A stretch of 32,000 nt of DNA from positions 690,001-722,000 of the forward strand of contig NZ_CP097762.1 of assembly GCF_023585745.1 (NCBI RefSeq). Reading direction: 5' to 3'. Of this stretch, positions 1 to 7,844 are shown in pieces; position 1 is the first letter of the stretch; the number at the start of each line of letters is the position of its first letter. The position numbers and the translations under genes are program-made. Below the pieces are notes generated by a model, which was given only the letters and a program-made list of their open reading frames with translations, searched no databases and had not been told where the DNA came from. This DNA is from Candidatus Saccharimonadota bacterium (lineage in GTDB: Bacteria > Pseudomonadota > Gammaproteobacteria > Enterobacterales > Enterobacteriaceae).

Positions 1-408
1 AGTTATATAATGAACATTAAAATACACTGCTGTTATACAGCAGTTCAATACAAATAAGTATTATTTGTGATATATAATGTTAAACAGATATATATTGATA
101 TATCCTTTTCAGGATTTATATAATAAAGTATTATTAAGTTATATATTAAATAGTGTTGTGAAAAATTAATTTTTTATATATAGGTATTTATTTTTTATTG
201 TCGCTATATAATATAGCGAACCTTGATATCAGTAATTATAGATAATTTTAGAATGTGTGCAGAGGGTATAAACATTATAATTTTGTAGGATTATAAGAGA
301 ATACTATATTGCGCAAATAATTTATTTATATGTTAGTTTATAAATTGAATTATGAATGTAATTTCGTTTATAAATCAAATATACTCTATAGTATAGAGAT
401 ATCGTATT

Positions 409-909
409 ATGATCCTTAAAGCTATATATCCAGGAACTTTTGATCCGTTGACTTATGGTCATTTAGATATTATTACTAGAGCACGTAAAATTTTTAGCAA
501 AATATTTTTAGCTGTGGCTGAAAATCCGCAGAAAAGACCTTTGTTTAGTTTGAAAGATCGTGTGATGCTTGCAGAAAAAGCTACATCTATATTTTCAAAC
601 GTTGTAGTATTTGGTTTTAATGATTTAACTATTAATATCATGCGCGAAAGACAAATAAAATTTATAATTCGTGGATTAAGAACAGTCGCTGATTTTGAGT
701 ATGAAAGACAATTAGTAAGTATTAATAATCATTTAAATAGTGAAATAGAAACTGTATTTATGATGTCTACAGGTATATGGGGAGGGTTATCTTCTAAATT
801 GATAAAAGAAATAGCTCAGTGTGGAGGTGAGCTAAAAAATTTTATACCTGAAGTTATTTTGGAAAAAGTCTTAGAGAGACTAAAAAATGCACCTATTCAT
901 GCAGGTTAA
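409..909 (+). CDS. coaD: phosphopantetheine adenylyltransferase
   Basis: 166-aa ORF with ATG at 409. The N-terminal AIYPGTFDPLTYGHLDIITRA carries the nucleotidyltransferase HxGH-type motif. Colinear along its full length with enterobacterial CoaD (from memory). Confidence 0.93.
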   Translation: MILKAIYPGTFDPLTYGHLDIITRARKIFSKIFLAVAENPQKRPLFSLKDRVMLAEKATSIFSNVVVFGFNDLTINIMRERQIKFIIRGLRTVADFEYERQLVSINNHLNSEIETVFMMSTGIWGGLSSKLIKEIAQCGGELKNFIPEVILEKVLERLKNAPIHAG

Positions 910-948
910 GTTATTGTTTATGCAATGATTTTTTATCCAAGTTCTAAT

Positions 949-1119
949 TTATTTGGATGTTTTTCGTTCCACATATAGAATATGTTTTCTTAAAATAGGG
1001 TCAAATTTTTTTAATTTTATTTTATCAGGGCTGTTACGTTTATTTTTTGTAGTACTATAAAAATGTCTATTATTAGATTCAGAAAACAAACGTATTATTT
1101 CTCTTTTTTCTTTCGCCAT
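949..1119 (-). CDS. rpmG: 50S ribosomal protein L33
   Basis: Below the ORF-track size cutoff, so hand-translated: [56 protein letters not shown] (ATG 1119, TAA 949-951). Matches the L33 pattern (..HFYTTTKNKR..KLELRKFDP..). Lies directly downstream of rpmB, as in the E. coli rpmBG operon. Confidence 0.9.
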   Translation of the reverse strand: MAKEKREIIRLFSESNNRHFYSTTKNKRNSPDKIKLKKFDPILRKHILYVERKTSK

Positions 1120-1140
1120 AATTTGATTGCTCTTTATATG

Positions 1141-1371
1141 TTATTTATTTTTAATGTGCGAATAAGATGATAAAAAATTTTCAATTCCTAATTTATCAAT
1201 TAATCGCATAGCTTTGGTGGATATCTTTAATTTTAGAAAAGATTTTTTGCTTACTATCCAAAAACGATGCGTCTGAATATTTGGTGCAAACCAACGTTTG
1301 GTAGCATTCATTGCATGAGAACGTTTATGTCCTTTCATTGGTTTTTTTCCTGTAATTTGGCATGTGCGCAT
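1141..1371 (-). CDS. rpmB: 50S ribosomal protein L28
   Basis: The track ORF 1141..1401 is trimmed to the internal ATG at 1371. [38 protein letters not shown] aligns from residue 1 with E. coli L28 [39 protein letters not shown]. The extra 10 codons start at a TTG and run into the 1400-1445 palindrome. Confidence 0.9.
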   Translation of the reverse strand: MRTCQITGKKPMKGHKRSHAMNATKRWFAPNIQTHRFWIVSKKSFLKLKISTKAMRLIDKLGIENFLSSYSHIKNK

Positions 1372-1399
1372 AATGTGTATTAAACCTGTTTGCGTTGGC

Positions 1400-1445
1400 A
1401 AAATACATACACAAATAAAAATTTTTATATTTGTGTATGTATTTT
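1400..1445. repeat. 46-bp near-perfect palindrome (18-bp perfect arms) upstream of rpmB
   Basis: AAAATACATACACAAATA (1400-1417) is the exact reverse complement of TATTTGTGTATGTATTTT (1428-1445). After one mismatch, three more pairs follow (1419-1421 with 1424-1426). Confidence 0.6.
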
Positions 1446-1752
1446 CTATGTTTTATTTTATGTTAATTATATTGATGTTTAAATTATTAATATTTAAGTT
1501 TTTAGGATACAATTGCAGTATATATCATTGTATTTCCGAAATTTTCATATGGATACATAGAATATAATACTATATAATTTATTCTTTGTGCACAAAGATC
1601 CTAAGGATATTATATGAGAGTTTATTTATATGCACAATATAATTATATCCTATATAGAATGTTTTTAGTAATTTTTACTATATTTGTTAATATGTTGATG
1701 CAAGATAGAAAAGAATAATTTTTAAAATTGTGTGATTGATATATAAAATAAT

Positions 1753-2961
1753 ATGGCGGGCTTAATTGATAAACATATCATATTAGGAATCAGCGGTGGT
1801 ATAGCGGCATATAAAACGATAGATTTAGTTCGATATTTAAAAGAACAAGGTTCAGATGTTAAAGTAATTATGACTAAATCTGCAAAGAAGTTTGTAGCTC
1901 CGTTAAGTTTACAAACGATATCGCGTCATCCAGTGTTGGATAATTTTCTTAGTACTCAAACGGAAAGCAGTATGCCTCATATTGCATTAGGCAAATGGGC
2001 TGATTTAGTGTTAATAGCTCCAGCTACAGCTAATTTATTAGCTAGGTTAGCTGTTGGTTTGGCTAATGATTTATTATGTAGTTTATGTTTAGCTACAACA
2101 GCTCCTATTGCTGTTGCTCCTGCTATGAATCAACAGATGTATAAAGCTATTGCTACTCAAACAAATTTAAATACTTTAAGAGATAGAGGAGTATTGATTT
2201 GGGGGCCAGATTACGGGCATCAAGCATGTGATGATATTGGTTATGGGCGTATGATAGATCCTAAGGTACTTGTTGAGTATATAAATCATTATTTTTCTCA
2301 CGATGATTCTTTAAATCATCTCAATATTATGATTACTGCTGGGCCTACGCATGAGGCTTTAGATCCAATTCGTTTTTTTACTAATTATAGTTCAGGGAAA
2401 ATGGGTTTTGCTATTGCGCAAGCTGCTGCGGATAAGGGGGCTAAAGTCACTTTAATTACGGGTCCAGTTCATTTATCTACGCCTATCCGAGTTCGGCGTA
2501 TTGATGTTATTTCTGCTTTAGATATGAAATCAGCAGTTATGCAAGAGATTAAAAATCAACATATTTTCATTGGTTGCGCGGCGGTATCAGATTATCGTAT
2601 TTATCATTCTTCTTTGGAAAAAATTAAAAAAGATAAAGATATTTTAAAGTTAGTAATGGTTAAAAATCCTGATATTGTATCAGAGGTAGGTTCGTTAATT
2701 GAAAAGCGTCCTTATGTTGTTGGATTCGCTGCAGAAAGCAAAAATATACAACAGCATGCAAAAGATAAGCGTATTAGTAAGCATTTAGATTTAATTTGTG
2801 CTAACGATATTTCTTATTTAAATCAAGGTTTTAATAGTGATAATAATTCTTTATATTTATTTTGGAACAAAGGAAGTGTTATCTTACCTTTAAGAAAAAA
2901 AAGAGTATTAGCACAACAATTAATTAGAGAAATAATTAATCTTTATAATGAAAATAATTAA
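1753..2961 (+). CDS. coaBC: bifunctional phosphopantothenoylcysteine decarboxylase / phosphopantothenate-cysteine ligase
   Basis: 402-aa ORF. N-terminal flavoprotein half ([10 protein letters not shown]...APAMN) and C-terminal ligase half ([25 protein letters not shown]). Followed by dut, as in E. coli dfp-dut. Confidence 0.93.
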   Translation: MAGLIDKHIILGISGGIAAYKTIDLVRYLKEQGSDVKVIMTKSAKKFVAPLSLQTISRHPVLDNFLSTQTESSMPHIALGKWADLVLIAPATANLLARLAVGLANDLLCSLCLATTAPIAVAPAMNQQMYKAIATQTNLNTLRDRGVLIWGPDYGHQACDDIGYGRMIDPKVLVEYINHYFSHDDSLNHLNIMITAGPTHEALDPIRFFTNYSSGKMGFAIAQAAADKGAKVTLITGPVHLSTPIRVRRIDVISALDMKSAVMQEIKNQHIFIGCAAVSDYRIYHSSLEKIKKDKDILKLVMVKNPDIVSEVGSLIEKRPYVVGFAAESKNIQQHAKDKRISKHLDLICANDISYLNQGFNSDNNSLYLFWNKGSVILPLRKKRVLAQQLIREIINLYNENN

Positions 2962-3400
2962 TATTAAAATTATTGATAATCGTGTCTACAGTTATTTTTG
3001 TTGCCCCAAATATGCAACAGCAGGTTCTGCTGGGTTAGATTTACCTGCATGTTTAGATGATGATCTTGTTATTATTCCTGGGAAGGTATATTTAATTTCT
3101 ACTGGTATTGCTGTGCATATTGCTGATTCTAGTATAGCTGGTATTGTTTTGCCTCGTTCTGGTTTGGGTCATAAACATGGTATTGTATTAGGAAATTTAG
3201 TAGGTTTAATTGATTCTGATTATCAAGGAGAATTAATGGTGTCTTTATGGAATCGTAGTGCGAAGGAATATATTATTACTCCTGGTAAGCGGATCGCGCA
3301 ATTAGTCTTTATATCAATATTTCAGGTGAAATTTTCTATTGTTGAGTCGTTTTTATTACCTAGTGTGCGTGGAACCCGAGGTTTTGGTCATTCAATATAG
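2948..3400 (+). CDS. dut: dUTP diphosphatase
   Basis: 150-aa ORF with the dUTPase motifs [39 protein letters not shown] and C-terminal RGTRGFGHS. Its ATG overlaps the last 14 nt of coaBC. Confidence 0.95.
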   Translation: MKIINIKIIDNRVYSYFCCPKYATAGSAGLDLPACLDDDLVIIPGKVYLISTGIAVHIADSSIAGIVLPRSGLGHKHGIVLGNLVGLIDSDYQGELMVSLWNRSAKEYIITPGKRIAQLVFISIFQVKFSIVESFLLPSVRGTRGFGHSI

Positions 3401-4168
3401 AGATAACAGAGTGTTAAAAATAGTGATTTATATTTTTATACCCGGTTATTATTACTCGAAAGAGAAGAGATATTTTTCGTATATGTAGATTATTTTATAT
3501 TTAATATCATTTAATATTTATAAAAAAATAAATTTGATGATTTTATTTTTATGAAATGTTTATACAGCAAAATATATGATTATTAAATCATATATACTAA
3601 TATAGTATAAATATAAATTGGAATATAAATTAAATATTTACATATAATTTATATTAAATTGAATACTATTTATTTATGATTTTTTTTATTAAAATGATTA
3701 ATGTTTTTTAGTATATGAATTGTTGTTATTATTTAATAATAATAGAATTTATTACAATTTGAATTGATTCTAGTAATTTATATTGATTTTAACTATATAT
3801 TTTTATTGATATTTATTTTATCCTGATTAAGCTAACAAAGCATTAATTAATATTAGTGATTATTTATTTGAATAATTTAAGAATTTAAGTAATTTAATTT
3901 ATTTTTTAATTTATATACTTGTATTGAAATAAAAAAATTAATCTATTTACAATAAAATTATATTTTACAGTTGTGTATTTTAATGCAAAGTAATATTTAT
4001 TTGGTGAGTTTTAATATGTCAAATATTTATGATTTTTATTTAATAAAATAAAATCGTTTATTAAATTAACGTTTATTATGATGGAAGTTTAGCGTTGTTT
4101 GTTTAATGAAAATATTAATTTTAATTAATAGTATTATTTATTAGTTTTAAAGAAATTTGGGTATATTT

Positions 4169-5041
4169 ATGGTTTATAGTATGACTGCTTTTTCAAAATA
4201 TGAGGGTAAGTATACGTGGGGTAGTGTGACTTGGGAAATTTATTCTTTAAATCAACGCTACTTAGATATTCATATTAATTTACCTAAAAATTTTCATAAT
4301 ATATTATCAATAATTCGGAAAGAAATTAAGAATGTCCTTGTGAGAGGTAGATTAGAATGTACTGCTACAGTAAATATGAATGATGATTATAATCATAAAA
4401 ATTTTTTTATTGATAAAAAATTAGTGCATCATTTGATTAAGTCTGCAAAATGGATAAAAACATTAGTGAATACGGGAGATATTGATCCGTTAAAAATTTT
4501 GTTTTGGCCAGGAGTAATTAATTATGAACATAATATTCTTGTAAAAGAGGATATATATCCTGAATTATTTATATCTTTTAAAGAGGCATTGAGTGGTTTG
4601 ATAAAAGATAGAGAAAGAGAAGGTATTTGTTTAAAGAATGGAATTGCAGAGAGATTAAATTTAATTTCCAAGGAAATTAATAAAATTAGGCGATATATTC
4701 CTAGCGTATTAGATGATAAACGCAAGAAACTTTTGGAATATATGCAAGATGTTTGCGTTTATACTAATGCGATTAGATTAGAGCAAGAATTATTAATAAT
4801 AGCTCAAAAAATTGATATTTCAGAAGAAGTTGATCGATTAATTAGTCATATTAAGGAAATGAATAATATTCTTTCATCACTGGGTCCAGTGGGTAGGCGT
4901 TTAGATTTTATGTCGCAGGAGTTATATAGAGAAGCTAATACATTAGCATCGAAATCTATAAACTCGTATATTATTCAATTAGCCGTTTCTGTAAAACTCT
5001 TGATTGAACAGATACGAGAACAAGCACAAAATATTGAATAG
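4169..5041 (+). CDS. yicC: YicC-family stress-induced protein
   Basis: The track ORF starts at TTG 4157 and is trimmed to ATG 4169. MVYSMTAF matches E. coli YicC MIRSMTAY. The C-terminal GRRLDFMSQELYREANTLASKS...LIEQIREQAQNIE is the conserved YicC C-terminal domain. Confidence 0.85.
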   Translation: MVYSMTAFSKYEGKYTWGSVTWEIYSLNQRYLDIHINLPKNFHNILSIIRKEIKNVLVRGRLECTATVNMNDDYNHKNFFIDKKLVHHLIKSAKWIKTLVNTGDIDPLKILFWPGVINYEHNILVKEDIYPELFISFKEALSGLIKDREREGICLKNGIAERLNLISKEINKIRRYIPSVLDDKRKKLLEYMQDVCVYTNAIRLEQELLIIAQKIDISEEVDRLISHIKEMNNILSSLGPVGRRLDFMSQELYREANTLASKSINSYIIQLAVSVKLLIEQIREQAQNIE

Positions 5042-5436
5042 GAATAATATATAGTATTATTAATGTGGTTTATTTATAAAGAAGTGTTTTTCTACTTAAA
5101 TATGATAAGTAATATGTATATTTTATAATAATATAGTTTAGTTTAACTTTTTAAAAGTATTTCCGGTATTTTGGATAAATAAATATCTATTCTAGGACGT
5201 AATACTATTACATTTAGTTTAAATAAATATTAATAAAATTATATCTATTTAAGCTATTGTATAGCTTCTATAATTTATTCTCTACAAAATTTTTAATACT
5301 CGATATTTTATATAAATATAGTTTATATTAGTAAAGTAATACTTTAAATTTAACAATACTATTATTAGTCTAATATATTTATAGTTACTAAATAATAGTA
5401 TATTAAAATAAATATTTTGTTATTAAAAATAAATTC

Positions 5437-5594
5437 TTATTTAATAAATTAATAAAAATAAAAAAAAATTATTTTTATATAATATTTTATTTATATTTTT
5501 ATATTTTTATATTTTAAAATATAAAAAAATATTTTTTTTTATAAAAAAAAATTACAAAAAAATATTTTTTTTATTAAAAAAAAAAAAATTAATT
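5437..5594. repeat. A/T-only low-complexity tract with alternating long homopolymers
   Basis: 158 bp with a single non-A/T base (C at 5555). Contains A9 (5460-5468), ATATTTTT x3 (5493-5515), A7-TA-T9 (5523-5540), A9 (5543-5551), A7-TA-T8 (5556-5572) and A13 (5576-5588). Confidence 0.9.
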
Positions 5595-5943
5595 CATTTT
5601 TCTTTTTACTGCTGTGATATTTCAAAATTAAAAAAACTCCGATAGAATAAAACAATAATAATGTAAATTAAATATTAGAATATATTTATTGAATTAAAAC
5701 ATTTTTTGTTCATGAATATATAGATATTAGTTTAATATAGTCCTAATAATAATTTAGGAGGTGGATTACAAAAATTTATTGGATAAAATTATTGATTATC
5801 ATCAAATGTAAAATATTTGATTAAAACTAATTTTTTAAATAAACAATATTAAAAATAGTTAATTTAATAATTTAAATTAGTGGTTCATACATACTGTGAA
5901 GTACAGTTTTTTTATTATTGATATAATGTAGAGATATATAACT

Positions 5944-6396
5944 ATGAATAGATTAACAGATATTTCAAATATGGTGGAATCCTTATCTCGTATTTATCAT
6001 CGTTTACGTAAAGAAATAAACGGTCAGTTAATTAATGAAGGTCTTTCTATGTCTAAAATGAAAATTTTGCACTTAATTACTACTGGTAAAACTAGCGCGA
6101 CAGATATTAAAAATTATATGGGATTCTCTTCGAGAACTGTTGTAACAGTATTAGATGCGTTAGAAAAAGATGAAATGTTGCGCAGGCAACAAAGTTTTAC
6201 AGACCGAAGAGTAAAATATGTTCATATTACAGAAAAAGGGCGAGATAAATTGCGTATCGCTAAGGATACACATAATATCATTTTAAATCGTATGTTTGCT
6301 CCTATATCTGATATGCAACTTCAAAATTTTAAGGAAATATGTAATTTGCTTGAAATGCGACAAAAAAATAATGAAACACGGCAAGATGTTACGTGA
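5944..6396 (+). CDS. MarR/SlyA-family winged-helix transcriptional regulator (ortholog not assignable)
   Basis: 150-aa ORF. The central segment KILHLITTGKTSATDIKNYMGFSSRTVVTVLDALEKDEMLRRQQSFTDRRVKYVHITEKGRDKL has the MarR recognition helix plus wing (DRR-x5-[IL]TEKG). There is only a weak GAGA Shine-Dalgarno. An 11-bp-stem hairpin follows the stop codon. Confidence 0.7.
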   Translation: MNRLTDISNMVESLSRIYHRLRKEINGQLINEGLSMSKMKILHLITTGKTSATDIKNYMGFSSRTVVTVLDALEKDEMLRRQQSFTDRRVKYVHITEKGRDKLRIAKDTHNIILNRMFAPISDMQLQNFKEICNLLEMRQKNNETRQDVT

Positions 6397-6398
6397 TA

Positions 6399-6425
6399 TA
6401 GATATTTATATGAAATAAATATCTA
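6399..6425 (+). terminator. candidate terminator hairpin after the MarR-like gene
   Basis: TAGATATTTAT (6399-6409) and ATAAATATCTA (6415-6425) form perfect 11-bp arms around a 5-nt loop. Starts 3 nt after the TGA stop. The downstream T-run is weak (GAATATTTAG). Confidence 0.4.
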
Positions 6426-6432
6426 GAATATT

Positions 6433-6531
6433 TAGCAGATCCTGAGTACAATATAGGGATATTGCTTGAATTAATATGGCAATTTTTTGATGTTAAATTA
6501 TTTTTTGTTTTTTAAATTTTAGGATCTGCTA
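6433..6531. repeat. 11-bp GC-containing inverted repeat bracketing 77 bp upstream of gmk
   Basis: TAGCAGATCCT (6433-6443) is the exact reverse complement of AGGATCTGCTA (6521-6531). The interior holds nested small hairpins: CAATAT-AGGG-ATATTG, and ATTGC-N13-GCAAT followed by TTTTTT. Confidence 0.5.
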
Positions 6532-6624
6532 TAATATAAAATTGGAAGTTTGGTATTTATGTATTGCATCTATATATAAAATAGATAAATCTTTTAAGTA
6601 AGATAACTATTCTTGCAAGTTTAA

Positions 6625-7269
6625 ATGTGCTTCATGTCAAGGAATGTAGGAATTTTGTGTGTTATATCTGCTCCTAGTGGGACAGGGAAATCTTCATTGA
6701 TTTATAGTTTAATACGTGATAATCGAGTTCCTGATGGAACTAAATTATCTATTTCTTATACTACTCGCTTAAGAAGAGCTAGTGAGGTAGATGGGAGGGA
6801 TTATTATTTTATTTCGAAAAAAAAATTTGAAAGCATGATTAAAAAAAAAATGTTATTTGAATATGCTCGGATTTTTAATCAGTACTATGGCACTGGCTTA
6901 GATTATGTTCAGTCTATGTTATATAATGGAATGCATGTAATATTAATTATAGATTGGAAAGGGGCTCGGCAAGTTCGCGAAAAAATATTAAATAATAATA
7001 TTTATACTATTTTTATTTTACCGCCCTCAAAAGAGGAGTTAGCACGTAGATTGCGTAAAAGAGGGCAAGATTCAGAAAAGGTTATTGCTGTACGTATGAA
7101 ACAAGCAATAAATGAAATAAGTCATTTTAAAGAATACGATTATATTGTTATAAATGATAATTTTGATGTTGCTTTAAGACATTTGCAAGCGATCATGTTA
7201 GCTGAACAATTAAAAATTGTATTGCAAAAAACAAGTTGTGCCGATTTACTTGACAGTTTGTTGGTATAA
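6625..7269 (+). CDS. gmk: guanylate kinase
   Basis: 214-aa ORF. P-loop SAPSGTGKSSL, IDWKGARQ and ILPPSKEELARRLRKRGQDSE are colinear with E. coli Gmk. ATG 6634 (M4) is an equally plausible start, and neither start has a clear SD. Confidence 0.9.
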   Translation: MCFMSRNVGILCVISAPSGTGKSSLIYSLIRDNRVPDGTKLSISYTTRLRRASEVDGRDYYFISKKKFESMIKKKMLFEYARIFNQYYGTGLDYVQSMLYNGMHVILIIDWKGARQVREKILNNNIYTIFILPPSKEELARRLRKRGQDSEKVIAVRMKQAINEISHFKEYDYIVINDNFDVALRHLQAIMLAEQLKIVLQKTSCADLLDSLLV

Positions 7270-7360
7270 TAAAAATGGAAACGGAGTATTTATCGAAATT
7301 GATAATTAATATCATTTAGTTTAGTATAATTAAAATGTACGATACAAGAAGAAGGAAGAT

Positions 7361-7561
7361 ATGGTGGATAATATTAGTGCTATACAGAGTTCTGTAGAAA
7401 GTGTCAATAATAAGTTTGATTTAATATTAGTGGCTGCTCGACGTGCTCGTCAAATGCAATTTGATGAAAAATCAGTGTTATCGGTAAAAAATAATTATAG
7501 TAAATACGCAGTTTTAGCGCTTAAGGAGCTTGAGGACAATATTTCAAAAAATAATTATTAA
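7361..7561 (+). CDS. rpoZ: DNA-directed RNA polymerase subunit omega (short form)
   Basis: 66-aa ORF. NKFDLILVAARRARQMQ is the conserved omega core. An AAGGAAG SD sits immediately upstream. Follows gmk, as in E. coli. Lacks the C-terminal tail of the 91-aa E. coli protein. Confidence 0.85.
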   Translation: MVDNISAIQSSVESVNNKFDLILVAARRARQMQFDEKSVLSVKNNYSKYAVLALKELEDNISKNNY

Positions 7562-7605
7562 TTTGTATTTATGCGTGAGGAATATAATAGAAAATTATTA
7601 GTTTT

Positions 7606-7631
7606 TATACTTTTTCTTTAAAAGTATATTT
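7606..7631 (+). terminator. weak candidate intrinsic terminator after rpoZ
   Basis: TATACTTTT (7606-7614) pairs with AAAAGTATA (7620-7628) around a 5-nt loop, followed by TTT. Lies 45 nt past the rpoZ stop. The stem is almost all A-T, so the call is tentative. Confidence 0.3.
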
Positions 7632-7844
7632 AATACAAGCAAAATGCATATTTTTGGGGTTTTTTACAAGATATCGATTAATAATATTTGATAAATTTAA
7701 TAATAAAATTAGTTTGTGTATTTAATAGAATTAAATTATTAGACAATAATTTAATTAAAGGTTATATAAGTTTCCATGTAAATGCAGATATTATCTGTTA
7801 GAATAATAGATTCTACTTGTTTAGAATTTGTTGAGAGATTAAAT

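Noticed and set aside
201-219. Short palindromes upstream of coaD: TCGCTATAT-A-ATATAGCGA (201-219), CTCTATA-G-TATAGAG (384-398), and the hairpin ACTGCTG-TTATA-CAGCAGT (26-44).
   Set aside because: Arms of 7-9 bp are expected once or more by chance in this amount of AT-rich spacer. None has a flanking T-tract in a sensible orientation. I note them only as candidates if comparative data show conservation.
1363-1390. dif-like sequence TGTGCGCATAA-TGTGTA-TTAAACCTGTT. The left arm and spacer match E. coli dif (GGTGCGCATAA-TGTATA) at 15 of 17 positions.
   Set aside because: The normally better-conserved XerD arm (TTATGTTAAAT) matches at only about 4 of 11 positions. The matching half is explained by the rpmB start codons (ATG CGC ACA read on the other strand). 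This is a coincidence of coding sequence.
1364-1567. 67-aa plus-strand ORF in the rpmB/coaBC spacer.
   Set aside because: It overlaps the rpmB start and the palindrome. The protein is low-complexity and F/I/L/Y-rich, with no SD and no recognisable similarity. This is a typical AT-rich spurious ORF.
7782-7844. N-terminal extensions offered by the ORF track: glnA 7782, yicC 4157 (TTG), metE 23905 (TTG), ftsY 26491 (TTG), pgi 29239 and rpmB 1401 (TTG).
   Set aside because: In each case an internal ATG aligns residue-for-residue with the E. coli N-terminus, and several have a better SD (GGAG for metE, AGGA for ftsY, GAGAG for glnA). The extensions are non-conserved.
7562-7844. Search for a sigma-54 (GG-N10-GC) glnAp2-type promoter upstream of glnA.
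   Set aside because: No TGGCAC-N5-TTGCA-like element is present. The only GG-containing stretch (TTTTGGGGTTTTTTAC) has the wrong spacing. glnLG are also absent downstream.
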